NCBI GenBank assembly: GCA_964434255.1
Contig: CAYSUL010000001.1
Coordinates: forward strand, 27,720-91,719
Direction of reading: 5' to 3'
From: an uncultured Candidatus Saccharibacteria bacterium
GTDB taxonomy: Bacteria; Patescibacteriota; Minisyncoccia; Phycocordibacterales; Phycocordibacteraceae
Length of the DNA: 64,000 nucleotides
Every line of letters begins with the position of its first letter. Within the stretch, counting starts at the first letter, position 1. Position numbers and translations under genes: made by a program. Below are positions 9,224-19,788 of the stretch, one piece after another. The notes beneath the pieces were generated by a model. It saw only the letters and a list, made by a program, of their open reading frames with translations. It was not told where the DNA came from and did not search any database.

Positions 9224-10382
9224 GACTAGCTGCGACGAGACCGCAATTGCGATACTCGAGTGCGAGGGCGATGAGACTGGCGCGCGCTTCAAGGTGCTCG
9301 GCAATGCGCTCCTGTCGCAGATAGATATACATAAGGAATATGGCGGGGTGTTCCCCGCTCTCGCTAAGCGCGAGCATGCGAAGAATCTCGTTCCTATACT
9401 TTCCTCCGCGCTCGAGGAGGCCGAACTGCTACATGAGGACAAGCAGGCTATACCGAGCGAGCTGCGTGAGAAGCTGGCGGTCCTCCTTGAACGAGAGCCT
9501 GGACTCGGCGAGGCGCTTCTCGCCTTCCTCGATGAATGCGAGATACCGGACATCGATGCGATAGCAGTAACGCATGGCCCGGGCCTCGCCCCTGCGCTTT
9601 GGGTAGGCGTGAACTTCGCGAAGGCGCTCGCGCTCGCGTGGGACAAGCCGCTGGTTGGCGTGAACCATATGGAGGGCCATCTCCTTTCCGCGCTCGCACG
9701 AAGCGATGATGGTGCGCTTTCCATAGATAACGTTTCCCTTCCGGTCGTCGGCCTCCTTATATCGGGCGGGCACACGCAGATTGTTGCTATGAAAGAATGG
9801 TTTGCGTACGAGATAGTCGGCGACACACGCGATGACGCGGTGGGTGAGGCCTTCGATAAGGTGGCACGCATGCTCGACCTTCCATATCCCGGCGGTCCAC
9901 AGATATCGAAGCTCGCAGAAGAAGCGCGCACGAATAACGGAGCGAAGCACTCTGTTCCCTTCCCGCGCCCGATGATGAACGATGATACGTGCGACTTCTC
10001 GTTCTCCGGCCTCAAGACCGCAGTTATGTATCAGCTCAAGAAGATAGCAGGTATCACGGACGAACAGAAGCAAGCCATGGCACGTGAGTTCGAGGACGCG
10101 GTGGCGGACGTACTCTGGAGCAAGACGTCGCGCGCGCTCGTGGAGACCGCCGCACGGACGCTCGTCATAGGAGGAGGGGTGTCAGGGAACGTGCACATAA
10201 AGCGGGTGTTCGAGGAGCGGGTGCAGGAAGAACATCCTGAAGTGACGCTCCGCATCCCTCCGAGGGAGCTCACAACCGACAACGCCATCATGATAGGTAT
10301 GGCGGGATATTTCCGGTACCAGAGCGGGTCACGCGCGGACATAGGGACGCTCGAGGCCGATGGCAACCTGTCGCTCGCCTAG
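9204..10382 (+). CDS. tsaD: tRNA threonylcarbamoyltransferase TsaD
   Basis: LAIETSCDET, VNHMEGH, SGGHT, DDAVGEAFDK, TDNAIMI. Confidence 0.96.
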   Translation: MKLLAIETSCDETAIAILECEGDETGARFKVLGNALLSQIDIHKEYGGVFPALAKREHAKNLVPILSSALEEAELLHEDKQAIPSELREKLAVLLEREPGLGEALLAFLDECEIPDIDAIAVTHGPGLAPALWVGVNFAKALALAWDKPLVGVNHMEGHLLSALARSDDGALSIDNVSLPVVGLLISGGHTQIVAMKEWFAYEIVGDTRDDAVGEAFDKVARMLDLPYPGGPQISKLAEEARTNNGAKHSVPFPRPMMNDDTCDFSFSGLKTAVMYQLKKIAGITDEQKQAMAREFEDAVADVLWSKTSRALVETAARTLVIGGGVSGNVHIKRVFEERVQEEHPEVTLRIPPRELTTDNAIMIGMAGYFRYQSGSRADIGTLEADGNLSLA

Positions 10383-10433
10383 AGGGTACTCGGGCGAGAA
10401 ATTACGCCACGTTTCTGTTATAGTCGGGTAATA

Positions 10434-12569
10434 ATGCACGAGAAATTCCTCAAGCCATACGATTCTAAGGCCACCGAGCCCGGCATCTATGCGATGTGGG
10501 AGGAGAGCGGGTACTTCAACCCGGACAACCTGCCTGCCGAGCTCCTCGCGCAGATGGATGGCAAGCCATATACCGTCGTCATGCCGCCCCCGAACGCGAA
10601 CGGTGACCTCCATGCAGGTCACGCGCTCGGCGTTACGCTCCAGGACATATTCACCCGCATGAAGCGTATGCAAGGGTATCGCGCGCTTTGGATACCGGGC
10701 GCTGACCACGCAGGCTTCGAGACTCAAGTGGTATACGAGAAGAAGCTCGAGAAGGAAGGGCGTTCGCGCTTCGGCATGGACCCGAAGGAGCTCTATGCGG
10801 AGATACTCGCCTTCACGCTCGCGAACAAAGCGACGATGCAGAACCAGGTGCGTGCGCTCGGCGCATCCTGCGACTGGTCGCGCGAGAAGTTCACCCTCGA
10901 CCCTGAACTCGTCACGAAGGTGCAGAAGACCTTCGTGAAAATGTTCGAGGATGGTCTCGTGTACCGCGGTGCTCGCACCGTGAACTGGTGCCCGAAGCAC
11001 CAGACCTCCCTTTCTGACATCGAGACCGATTCGGTCGAGGAGACCAGCCCGTTCTATACCTTTAAATACGGTCCTTTCGATATCGGTACGGTGCGCCCCG
11101 AGACCAAGTTCGGCGACAAGTATGTGGTCATGCATCCGGACGATGCGAGGTACAAGGAGTACAAGCACGGCGACACGTTCGAGCTCGAATGGATCAATGG
11201 CCCCATCACGGCGACCGTCATCAAGGACAACGCCATCGACATGGAGTTCGGCACGGGCGTGATGACCATCACCCCCTGGCACTCGCAGGTGGACTTCGAG
11301 ATAGCGAAGAGGCACGGCCTCGATATGGAGCAGATAATCGATTGGCGCGGCAAGCTCCTCCCTGTCGCGGGCGAGTTCGAGGGCATGAAGATAACGGAGG
11401 CGAGGGAAAAGATAGTCGAGAAGCTCAAAGAGAAGGGCCTGCTCGTCTCGGTAGATGATTCCTATAAGAACGTCGTCAAGAAATGCTACAAGTGCCAAGC
11501 GATGATAGAGCCACAGGTGAAGGACCAGTGGTTCGTGAAGATGGCGCCGCTCGCGAACATGGCCATCACCGCAGTGAATAGGGGCGATGTGCACTTCTTC
11601 CCTGAGCACGAAGAGAAGATCTTCCGTCACTGGATGGAGAACACGCTCGACTGGAACATCAGCCGCCAGATAGTCTGGGGTATCCCAATACCGGCGTGGT
11701 TCAAGGACGGGGAGTCGGTCGCGTCAGTCGAAAGCCCCGGAGAAGGATGGGAACAGGACAGCGACACCTTCGATACTTGGTTCTCCTCGGGCCAGTGGCC
11801 GCTCCTCACCACCGGATACCCAGATGGGGATGATTTCCCTACCTACTACCCCACCGCCGTCATGGAGACGGGCCGCGACATCATCTTCTTCTGGGTCGCC
11901 CGCATGATCATCTTCGGCCTCTATCTTACGGACCAAGTACCGTTCCCTACCGTCTACCTCCACGGGCTCGTGAACGATGCGAACGGGAAGAAGATGAGCA
12001 AGTCGAAGGGCAATGTCATCAATCCGCTGACGCTTACCGATAAGTACGGCACCGACGCGCTCCGCATGGCGCTCGTGGTGGGTAACACGCCAGGCACCGA
12101 CCTTGCGCTTAGGGAGGACAAAGTGAAGGGGTGCAAGCACTTCGCTAATAAGCTCTGGAACATCGCGCGCTTCATTCTCGAGAATACGCAGGATGCAGAT
12201 TTGAATGCGGCCCGCACCGAAGCCGACGAAGCACTGATCGCGGAGCTCGCAGCGCTTGCGGACGATGTGACGCTCGACCTAGAGAACTATCGCGTGCACC
12301 TCGCCGCCGAGAAGCTCTACCATTACGCATGGCATCGCCTCGCCGACGAGATACTCGAAGAGTCGAAACCGCTCGTGTTCGGGGAGGATATGCAGCTCGC
12401 AGCCTCGAGGAAGGCCACGCTCCGCTCCCTGCTTACCACTCTCCTTCCGCTCCTTCACCCGATGATGCCGTTCGTAACGGAGGAGATATGGCAGAATGTA
12501 CCGGAGAGTACCGGGTACCTCATGACCACTCCGTGGCCTTCTAAGAATTCTTCGCATGCCAACACTTGA
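10434..12569 (+). CDS. valS: Valine--tRNA ligase (short form)
   Basis: PPPN..G.LHAGH, WNISRQ..WG, DTWFSS, KMSKS. Confidence 0.96.
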   Translation: MHEKFLKPYDSKATEPGIYAMWEESGYFNPDNLPAELLAQMDGKPYTVVMPPPNANGDLHAGHALGVTLQDIFTRMKRMQGYRALWIPGADHAGFETQVVYEKKLEKEGRSRFGMDPKELYAEILAFTLANKATMQNQVRALGASCDWSREKFTLDPELVTKVQKTFVKMFEDGLVYRGARTVNWCPKHQTSLSDIETDSVEETSPFYTFKYGPFDIGTVRPETKFGDKYVVMHPDDARYKEYKHGDTFELEWINGPITATVIKDNAIDMEFGTGVMTITPWHSQVDFEIAKRHGLDMEQIIDWRGKLLPVAGEFEGMKITEAREKIVEKLKEKGLLVSVDDSYKNVVKKCYKCQAMIEPQVKDQWFVKMAPLANMAITAVNRGDVHFFPEHEEKIFRHWMENTLDWNISRQIVWGIPIPAWFKDGESVASVESPGEGWEQDSDTFDTWFSSGQWPLLTTGYPDGDDFPTYYPTAVMETGRDIIFFWVARMIIFGLYLTDQVPFPTVYLHGLVNDANGKKMSKSKGNVINPLTLTDKYGTDALRMALVVGNTPGTDLALREDKVKGCKHFANKLWNIARFILENTQDADLNAARTEADEALIAELAALADDVTLDLENYRVHLAAEKLYHYAWHRLADEILEESKPLVFGEDMQLAASRKATLRSLLTTLLPLLHPMMPFVTEEIWQNVPESTGYLMTTPWPSKNSSHANT

Positions 12570-13314
12570 GATAGCGCTCTACGCGTTCCTCGGCGGAATA
12601 CTTCCCGCTGTCTTGTGGCTCCATTTCCTCCTTAAGGAGGATGCACGCTGCCCTGAGCCGCGTCCGCTCATCATCTTCGCTATGTTCGCCGGCATGCTTG
12701 CGGTCCCTATCGTGCTTCCGCTCGAGCATTACGCGCGTGCGGTGCTTCCGACCCTCTCTTCCATCGGGCCCCTGTTCGATCGCTTTGCCCTCAACACTTC
12801 CATCGAGCTTCCGGTCATCATCGCGTGGGCGACTATCGAAGAGACGGTGAAATTCGTGCTCGCGGCGCTTCTCATCCTCTGGCGCAAGCAAGTGGATGAG
12901 CCTATCGACCTCATCATCTATATGATATGCGTCGCGCTTGGGTTCGCGGCGCTCGAGAACGCGCTCTTCCTCGTGGCACCGCTCGCGAACGGCGACGTGA
13001 TGCAGACCGTGCTCGCGAACAACCTCCGCTTCGTCGGCGCCACCTTGCTGCACGTCATAGCGTCCTCAACGGTCGGGTTCGCGATGGCGCTCGCGTACAG
13101 GAAGCGCCGGCATGTGCGCCCGCTCGCAGTTGCGCTCGGACTTATCCTTGCTATCGCATTGCATGCCATTTTCAATTTCCTTATAATCAGGGAGACCGCT
13201 TCTCACACCCTTCTCGCCTTCTTGCTGGTGTGGCTCGGCGCTGTGGTCGGATTCGGACTTTTCGAAATACTCCGTTACTCACGCTACAAACGCTTACCAA
13301 AAAATACCTGCTAA
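12556..13314 (+). CDS. prsW: PrsW-family intramembrane metalloprotease
   Basis: D...PEP, IEE..K, LGFAALEN, H..FN motifs. Confidence 0.88.
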   Translation: MPTLEIALYAFLGGILPAVLWLHFLLKEDARCPEPRPLIIFAMFAGMLAVPIVLPLEHYARAVLPTLSSIGPLFDRFALNTSIELPVIIAWATIEETVKFVLAALLILWRKQVDEPIDLIIYMICVALGFAALENALFLVAPLANGDVMQTVLANNLRFVGATLLHVIASSTVGFAMALAYRKRRHVRPLAVALGLILAIALHAIFNFLIIRETASHTLLAFLLVWLGAVVGFGLFEILRYSRYKRLPKNTC

Positions 13315-13318
13315 TCGT

Positions 13319-13813
13319 ATGAAAAAACGCTCCATCTTCGATCGTCTCGCGGGCACGGTCCCGCTCGACGATTACGATTACGACGATGATGTCCCGGTGC
13401 GCGCACCAGCGCGTTCCATGCAGTCGTCCGCACGCCAGGCAGCGCCTGCGCCCGTGCCGCAGCCTATCGTCGAGGAAGAGAGCGAAGGCCAGCTTCCCGT
13501 CGACGTATATCACACACTGAACGAGATAGTCATCCGCACCTTCGTCGCGGGTGTGCGCCCCGACGACCTCAACGTTTCCATAAGCCGCGACATGGTCGTG
13601 GTCGAGGGGTCCCGCGATGAACGCGACCAGCTCGCCGAGTCCGACTACTTCACCCGTGAGCTCTTCTGGGGCTCGTTCTCCCGCACCATCCTCCTCCCGC
13701 AGGAGATAGATGTGGATATGGCGTCCGCAGGCGCGAAGGACGGGCTTCTCACCATCATCCTTCCGAAGCTGGATAAGACGCGCCAGACGAAACTGAAGGT
13801 TAAGACGACCTAA
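13319..13813 (+). CDS. Hsp20/alpha-crystallin small heat-shock protein
   Basis: VDVY.T..E, E..WGSFSR.I.LP, A..KDGLL.I.LPK. Confidence 0.9.
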   Translation: MKKRSIFDRLAGTVPLDDYDYDDDVPVRAPARSMQSSARQAAPAPVPQPIVEEESEGQLPVDVYHTLNEIVIRTFVAGVRPDDLNVSISRDMVVVEGSRDERDQLAESDYFTRELFWGSFSRTILLPQEIDVDMASAGAKDGLLTIILPKLDKTRQTKLKVKTT

Positions 13814-13822
13814 CAGCAGAAC

Positions 13823-13844
13823 AAAACCGCCTCGGGCGGTTTTT
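13823..13844. terminator. Bidirectional terminator
   Basis: AAAACCGC-CTCGG-GCGGTTTT between convergent genes. Confidence 0.75.
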
Positions 13845-13847
13845 GCT

Positions 13848-14948
13848 TTATCGTATCTCTTCGTGAAGTGGTGGAGGTGATGAGACGCGTTCCACCGTGA
13901 ACGGTATACGCCCTATGGTCTGGCCCTGGAGTGTCTCCACCGATACACGCCACTTCCCGGGAGTCAGGTTCTCCTTCAGGGAATACCCTCGGTATCCTTC
14001 CGCACGACCGCCCGATATCGGGAATGTTATGTGCCCCTCATCCACCCATTTCTTCGCCTTAGCGTCATATCGCTCCCAATGGTGCACGACCGAAGTCGAG
14101 AAGCGTATGGGGGCGAATACGGCTCCGTAGGCGTATGCGGTACTGCCAGCCGTGAGATGCACGGTGATGGGGCGGATATCCCACCAGGGCGGCACTTCTT
14201 CTGCCTGCAGCACGTAGTTCATACCGCTTCTGGCGAGGCCGTGATAGATACCGCCTTCTTTGAGCGTGAGCGGAATGGGTGGCACGACGCCGGTGGCGTA
14301 CGCGCCCGATACCACGAGTACGATTCCTGCTGCAGACATGACCACCGGACGAATGCTCTCGGAAAGTCGCGTTGCTCCTGTTCGCCACAGGAGGTATAGA
14401 AATCCTGCGAACAACGCTACTGCAGCGAGCGTGCTGCCCACGAACGTCCACGGCCCGATGATGTGCAGATAGATAGGAAGCGCGAAGATGGCGTACGCAT
14501 AGAGCGCGAAGAAGAAGAGCACGGTCTGGAAGATAAGATGCTCCCTATACTTACGGAAATACTCGTTCCCTATGAACACGAGCGCGAGTAGGATGATGAA
14601 CGGCCAGGATACGGAAAGCACCGCGCTCTTCGTATAGAAGATGAGGCAGCCCGAGAGGATACCGCCGATGGCGTACTGCCCGCCGAGCGAGAACAGGACG
14701 GCGAGCCCCTGTTCCCAAGGGGATTGTCCTTCGTGCCGTCGCGCGAACAGGACATGGCTTCCGAACGTACACACCGCAGCGAGGGTCAGGTACGCGATGA
14801 AGAAGAAGTTCACGAACGTAACGTCGAGGAGCGTGAACGTGAGGAGGTCGGTGACGAACCCGGCAACGAAAACGATGCCGCCTAAGTGCCGCTCGTTCTT
14901 CTGCGCCCACGCGAGGAGCCTACGCATGCTCCTATGATACTCCGTCAT
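13848..14948 (-). CDS. Membrane protein with C-terminal DUF2914-like domain
   Basis: Multi-TM N-terminus; I.GGR.EGYRGYS.K...PG.WRV.VET C-terminus. Confidence 0.75.
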   Translation of the reverse strand: MTEYHRSMRRLLAWAQKNERHLGGIVFVAGFVTDLLTFTLLDVTFVNFFFIAYLTLAAVCTFGSHVLFARRHEGQSPWEQGLAVLFSLGGQYAIGGILSGCLIFYTKSAVLSVSWPFIILLALVFIGNEYFRKYREHLIFQTVLFFFALYAYAIFALPIYLHIIGPWTFVGSTLAAVALFAGFLYLLWRTGATRLSESIRPVVMSAAGIVLVVSGAYATGVVPPIPLTLKEGGIYHGLARSGMNYVLQAEEVPPWWDIRPITVHLTAGSTAYAYGAVFAPIRFSTSVVHHWERYDAKAKKWVDEGHITFPISGGRAEGYRGYSLKENLTPGKWRVSVETLQGQTIGRIPFTVERVSSPPPLHEEIR

Positions 14949-14960
14949 GGGAGCAATGTG

Positions 14961-15033
14961 TGCTTGGAGGCGGGCTCGAACCGCCGACCCCGCCCTCTTC
15001 AGGGGCGTGCTCTACCAACTGAGCTATCCAAGC
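14961..15033 (-). tRNA. tRNA-Phe(GAA)
   Basis: Cloverleaf, anticodon loop CTGAAGA. Confidence 0.93.
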
Positions 15034-15073
15034 AGTGAGGCCATCCTAACACATCGCTAAGCCCTTTTCACCC

Positions 15074-15373
15074 TTAGGAACCCTCGTATATCGCCTTATA
15101 CTCGTCCATGAGCTTCTTGGCTTCGTCAGGCGAGGGAATGCCGAAAAGGCTCGTTGGAGCGGTGCTGGTGCCGTTCTGAATGCCTGCGAGGAGGGGTCCG
15201 AGATAGGTGGAGAGGAAGAAGAGTGGGACGCCAAGGAGAAGGAGATAGAGGACTATCTTCACCGCGAGGCTTATCGCCGCATCACGACGGATAAGTTTGA
15301 GGAGCTGGTTATTCTCCTTGGCCACCGCGAGATTCTCTTCGAGCAGCTTCTTCAGTTCTCCATCTTCATTCAT
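15074..15373 (-). CDS. Hypothetical membrane protein
   Basis: Coiled-coil LL.EN...A.ENN..L followed by a TM helix. Confidence 0.7.
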   Translation of the reverse strand: MNEDGELKKLLEENLAVAKENNQLLKLIRRDAAISLAVKIVLYLLLLGVPLFFLSTYLGPLLAGIQNGTSTAPTSLFGIPSPDEAKKLMDEYKAIYEGS

Positions 15374-15391
15374 GGAGATATTCTAACATTG

Positions 15392-15463
15392 TGCTCTCGC
15401 CAGGAGTCGAACCTGGATTTAAGGTTTAGGAAACCTCCGTTCTATCCATTGAACTACGAGAGC
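15392..15463 (-). tRNA. tRNA-Arg(CCT)
   Basis: Cloverleaf, anticodon loop TTCCTAA. Confidence 0.92.
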
Positions 15464-15523
15464 GTATTTGGAGACTAGCACAAAACCCCGCGGCAGTTGA
15501 GCCGCGGGGTTTTGTGAAAAGGA

Positions 15524-15781
15524 CTAGGCAGCGGGTGCAGGTTCTCCGAGCCCGAGCGTCTCCATGAGGCGCTTCTTGTCGAAGCCGATTATCATCTCAT
15601 CGCCCACATAGATTACCGGCACGCCCATCTGGCCGCTCTTATCTATCATCTCCTGGCGCTTCTCCATGTCAGCGGCGACGTTGTACTCCGTATACGGAAT
15701 ATTGTTCTCCTTGAAGAACTCCTTGCTCATCTGGCAGAAGTGGCAGGTTGGGGTCGTATAAATAGTGACTTGCTTATCCAT
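15524..15781 (-). CDS. Glutaredoxin / NrdH-redoxin
   Basis: YTTPTCHFC, SGQMGVPV, GFD. Confidence 0.9.
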   Translation of the reverse strand: MDKQVTIYTTPTCHFCQMSKEFFKENNIPYTEYNVAADMEKRQEMIDKSGQMGVPVIYVGDEMIIGFDKKRLMETLGLGEPAPAA

Positions 15782-15833
15782 GATTGTTTCTTACTTGTGG
15801 GGGCATTATATCATTTCATGCCTGGGGACAATG

Positions 15834-15904
15834 TGCGGGTACGGGGAATCGGACCCCGATCTCAACCTTGGGAAGGTCGCGTCCTACCACTGAACGATAC
15901 CCGC
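15834..15904 (-). tRNA. tRNA-Gly(CCC)
   Basis: Cloverleaf, anticodon loop TTCCCAA; T-loop TCCGA variant. Confidence 0.9.
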
Positions 15905-15908
15905 GTGT

Positions 15909-16271
15909 CTACCAAATACCGAACCAGCCGAGGAACTTCTTGTGCCAGGGCAGCTCTACCTTCTCCGTCTCCTCTTCCGGAGGTACGACGATGATAACCT
16001 CTTCACCGGGCTTGGCAACGCCATACGTCTGGCGGAGCGTCGCTTCCTGCCCCCTGTCGGTCGAGAGCTCGGCCATATTAGCCGAGAGCGCCGCCTCACG
16101 GCCCTTGAGCGCCGCGAGCTCGGCCTTGGTCTCGGCCACGGCTTTTCGGGCTATCTCCTCCTTGCGGGCGATACCGAACACGAGCCAGCTGAACCAGAGG
16201 ATGGCGAGCGCGAGCACTATGGCGATCGCGTACTGCCCTGCCTGCTTCTTCCTGCTGGTTCTCCGCGCCAT
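15909..16271 (-). CDS. Septum formation initiator (FtsB/DivIC-like)
   Basis: TM + coiled coil + E..LR..YG..KPGEEVI. Confidence 0.75.
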   Translation of the reverse strand: MARRTSRKKQAGQYAIAIVLALAILWFSWLVFGIARKEEIARKAVAETKAELAALKGREAALSANMAELSTDRGQEATLRQTYGVAKPGEEVIIVVPPEEETEKVELPWHKKFLGWFGIW

Positions 16272-16290
16272 TCCTGGATTATACCAATCT

Positions 16291-18084
16291 CTACCGGTCC
16301 GAATCCTGCACCATCTTCATAAACACCTCCTGCGGTATTTCCATCTTCGCGTGCGCCCCTCGGCGCTTCTTTCCCTTCTTCTGCTTCTCAAGCAGCTTCA
16401 TCTTGCGGGTAATGTCGCCGCCATAGAGATATCCCGTAACGTCCTTGCGGAGCGCGGAAATGCTGCGGGACGCTACGATGCGACCGAGCGCATGCGCCTG
16501 GATTTTCAGCACGAACATCTGGCGCGGCAGTATGTCGTGCAGCTTCTCCACCATACGTTCGCCTTCCTCGACGACGCGGCGGCGGCTCACGACGCGGGCG
16601 AATGCCGGGACCGGCTCCTCAGCGACGAATATCTCGAGCTTCACCACGTCTGCAGGGCGCTCATCAAGGAATTCGTATGAAAGCGAGGCATAGCCCGAAG
16701 AAGCGTTCTTCACCTTGTCGAAGAACCCGCGCATGAGCTCGCGGAGCGGCATCTCGACGGTAAGCTCGATACGGCCATCGAGATGCGTCTCGGTCTCGAG
16801 TACGTTCCCCTCGTGGTCATGGAAAAGCTGGATCATGTTCGAAAGCGAATCCGCAGGCGTGATGAGCGTTACTTTCACCCACGGCTCCTCGATGGACTCG
16901 GTGTCGCCGAACGCCGGGAACTTGGCCGGCGTGTATACCGTCTCCCGTTTCCCTCTCTTATCCGTCACCATGTACGCGATGGTCGGGATGGTGACGATGA
17001 GCTCGAGGTCGAACTCACGCTTCAGGCGCTCCACGATTATCTCCAGGTGGAGCATACCGAGGAAGCCGCAACGGAAGCCGCGACCGAGCACCCCGGACGA
17101 CTCCTCCTCGAACGTGAGCGAGGAATCAGAGAGACGAAGTCGCTCGAGCGATTGCCTGAGCTCCGTGAGGTCGTCCTGGCTTTCAGGATAGATGGAGGCC
17201 CAGACGACCGGGCGTGGGCGCTCGAAGCCTTCGAGGCCCACGGTGCTTCCTGCGTTTGCGATGACCGTATCTCCCACATTCACGACGCCCGCCTCCTTCA
17301 CGCCCGTCACGATGTATCCTATCTCGCCTGCCGACAGGCTCTCGGTCGCAAGTTCGTCCGGCATGAATATACCGGTCTCGAGCACCGTGAAGCGCTCGCC
17401 TGCTGCCGCGAACCGGAGGACATCACCCTTCTTGAAGGTCCCATCGAATACGCGGGCGAACACGGTGATACCGCGATGAGTTGAGTACGAGAAATCGAAG
17501 ATGAGGGCGCGGGGGCCGCCTGCGCTTGGCCTTGGAGCTGGCACGCGAGCAACTATCGCCTCAAGTAAGTCCTCGACACCTTCGCCAGTGCGCCCCGAGA
17601 CTGCAAGAATAGTGTCGGTCTCGATACCGAGCAGGTCCGCGAGCTCGAGCGACACATCATCGACGCGTGCCGCAGGCGAGTCTATCTTCGAGAGCACCGG
17701 AATGATGACGCAGCCAGTTGCTTTGGCCATGCCGAGCGTGGTCAAGGTCTGGGCCTGGATGCCCTGGGTCGAGTCCACGAGCAGGATGACTCCTTCGACC
17801 GCGGAGAGGGCACGCGAGACCTCGTACGCGAAGTCGATGTGGCCCGGGGTGTCGATGAGGTTGAGCACGTATTCCTCTCCGTCCTTCGCGTTGTATTTCA
17901 TGCGCGCCGGCTGCATCTTGATGGTGATACCGCGCTCGCGCTCGAGGTCCATCTTGTCCAGCACCTGGTCACGCATCTTCCGCGCCTCTATCGTTCCGGT
18001 ACGCTCAAGAAGCCGATCCGCAAGGGTCGACTTCCCATGATCAATGTGGGCAATGATACTGAAATTACGAATCCGTTCGGTCAT
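16291..18084 (-). CDS. lepA: Elongation factor 4 (LepA)
   Basis: IRNFSIIAHIDHGKSTLADR, GFRCGFLGMLH, YGGDITRKMKLLEKQK. Confidence 0.97.
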   Translation of the reverse strand: MTERIRNFSIIAHIDHGKSTLADRLLERTGTIEARKMRDQVLDKMDLERERGITIKMQPARMKYNAKDGEEYVLNLIDTPGHIDFAYEVSRALSAVEGVILLVDSTQGIQAQTLTTLGMAKATGCVIIPVLSKIDSPAARVDDVSLELADLLGIETDTILAVSGRTGEGVEDLLEAIVARVPAPRPSAGGPRALIFDFSYSTHRGITVFARVFDGTFKKGDVLRFAAAGERFTVLETGIFMPDELATESLSAGEIGYIVTGVKEAGVVNVGDTVIANAGSTVGLEGFERPRPVVWASIYPESQDDLTELRQSLERLRLSDSSLTFEEESSGVLGRGFRCGFLGMLHLEIIVERLKREFDLELIVTIPTIAYMVTDKRGKRETVYTPAKFPAFGDTESIEEPWVKVTLITPADSLSNMIQLFHDHEGNVLETETHLDGRIELTVEMPLRELMRGFFDKVKNASSGYASLSYEFLDERPADVVKLEIFVAEEPVPAFARVVSRRRVVEEGERMVEKLHDILPRQMFVLKIQAHALGRIVASRSISALRKDVTGYLYGGDITRKMKLLEKQKKGKKRRGAHAKMEIPQEVFMKMVQDSDR

Positions 18085-19747
18085 CGATGAGGGCGCCGTG
18101 AGGCTTAAGCGCACGGGTAGAGGTGATACGGCGCAATGATTCTATGAGGTCCTTGAACTCTTGGTTCGCGAGGAGCGCGAGAACGGCCGCAGACACCGAG
18201 AGACCTACCATACCAGCTATGAGGCCCTCCGCAAAGACGATAGGGAGCGTGGTAAGGGGCGCGAGGGTTCCGAAGTACGCCAGGACGCCGTAGGTAGCGG
18301 ACGCGCCGAGGATGGCCGCCGCAAGCCCCTCCCCGAGAGAACGAGCGAGCATGCTAGCCACGCCTGGAGCGACGCTTCGCAATGTATAGAGCGCTATCGC
18401 CGCCATGGCTATCTGCGCGAGCGTAGCGCCTAGAGCCACCGCGAGCACGCCCGTGCCCGGGACGCCCTCAACGCGCAGCAGCACTTCCATGAAGTAGTTC
18501 ACGGCGGGATACATGTTCACGAGCGTGAGCGTAACGATTGCCGCGAGCACCGACACTACCGCGCCGCCCGCCTGGATGATGAGCGGGTTCCAGGAGCGGC
18601 CCGCAGCATAGAACGCGCGGGAGCACAGGAGTATGAGGCCTTGCGCGATGAGCCCGAAGACGAGGATGGCGAGCACGGCGGCGGTGAGCCTCGTCGCATC
18701 CCAATCGAAGGCGCCTGACCCGAGCACGATACGTACGATATGGGCGCGCAGCACAAGCGCGAGTACCGAAACGATAGCCGACCAGAAGATGATATGGCGC
18801 GCGGCCACGAGCAGCGTCGCCCGGAACTCCTCGTACCGTTTCGCGTTCATATGCTCGGCGAGCACCGGGAACGCCGCGGTCGCATACGCCGCTCCAATGA
18901 GCGAGAGCGGAACCGCCTCGAGGTTACCCGCGAGCGTGAATACAGCAATACTTCCCTCGCCTGTCTGCGCGGCGATAGCAGTCAGGGCGAGCGTCGCAAG
19001 CGCTCCCACACCAAGCGCAAGCGAACGCGGCATGGAGTCGCGCGCCACTGACCACACTATCTTCGGAGAGAAGATGACGGGTCGCGGAAGGAGTCCTGCC
19101 TTCGCCACGAGCGGAACGTGTATCGCAAGATGGAGCACTGCGCCCGCCACAACCCCCCATCCGATACCGATGAGTCCCATCGTCGGATACAGGAAGAGCG
19201 TGCCGCCGATGATGCCGAGGTTGTAGAGCACGGGCGAAAGCGCGAAGAGCACGAAGCGGCGATTCACCTGCGTCACGCTCGTGATGATGCCGGAAAGTCC
19301 GAGCAGAATGGGCTGGATAAGAAGGATGCGTGTGAGCATCACGAACTCGCTAGCGTGCGGGGAGGACTCGAACGTTGGGAACAGTGCGAACAATAGCGTG
19401 GGAGCCACGACTGCGAGCCCCGCGCATATGATGCCACCACCGATGACGAGGAAAGATGCGGTGTGCGACAGCAGCTTCTTCGTCTCCTCTTTGTTCGCAC
19501 CCGCTATGCGCGGAATGAGTACGTACGCGGACACGAGCGACGCCACGATGGCGAAGACAAGGTCCGGAACACGGAACGCGGCGTAGTAGATATCGAGCAT
19601 CTCGCTTGCTCCGAACTGGTGCGCGAACAAGCGGTCGCGCAAGAGCGCTAAGATCTGCGAACCGAACGTGAGGCCGGCAAGCAGGTACGCGGCCTGGTGC
19701 AGGCCGCGTACTGGTGCTGTTATTTTCCGTAGGATGTTTCGAACCAT
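18065..19747 (-). CDS. murJ: Lipid II flippase MurJ
   Basis: L.RDR..A..FGA...D.Y.AAF..PD, P.LYN.GII; multi-TM. Confidence 0.9.
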   Translation of the reverse strand: MVRNILRKITAPVRGLHQAAYLLAGLTFGSQILALLRDRLFAHQFGASEMLDIYYAAFRVPDLVFAIVASLVSAYVLIPRIAGANKEETKKLLSHTASFLVIGGGIICAGLAVVAPTLLFALFPTFESSPHASEFVMLTRILLIQPILLGLSGIITSVTQVNRRFVLFALSPVLYNLGIIGGTLFLYPTMGLIGIGWGVVAGAVLHLAIHVPLVAKAGLLPRPVIFSPKIVWSVARDSMPRSLALGVGALATLALTAIAAQTGEGSIAVFTLAGNLEAVPLSLIGAAYATAAFPVLAEHMNAKRYEEFRATLLVAARHIIFWSAIVSVLALVLRAHIVRIVLGSGAFDWDATRLTAAVLAILVFGLIAQGLILLCSRAFYAAGRSWNPLIIQAGGAVVSVLAAIVTLTLVNMYPAVNYFMEVLLRVEGVPGTGVLAVALGATLAQIAMAAIALYTLRSVAPGVASMLARSLGEGLAAAILGASATYGVLAYFGTLAPLTTLPIVFAEGLIAGMVGLSVSAAVLALLANQEFKDLIESLRRITSTRALKPHGALIDDRTDS

Positions 19748-19788
19748 GACGTACTTTTAGGAACCGGGAGAAGTAGCGCCAGGATGCA

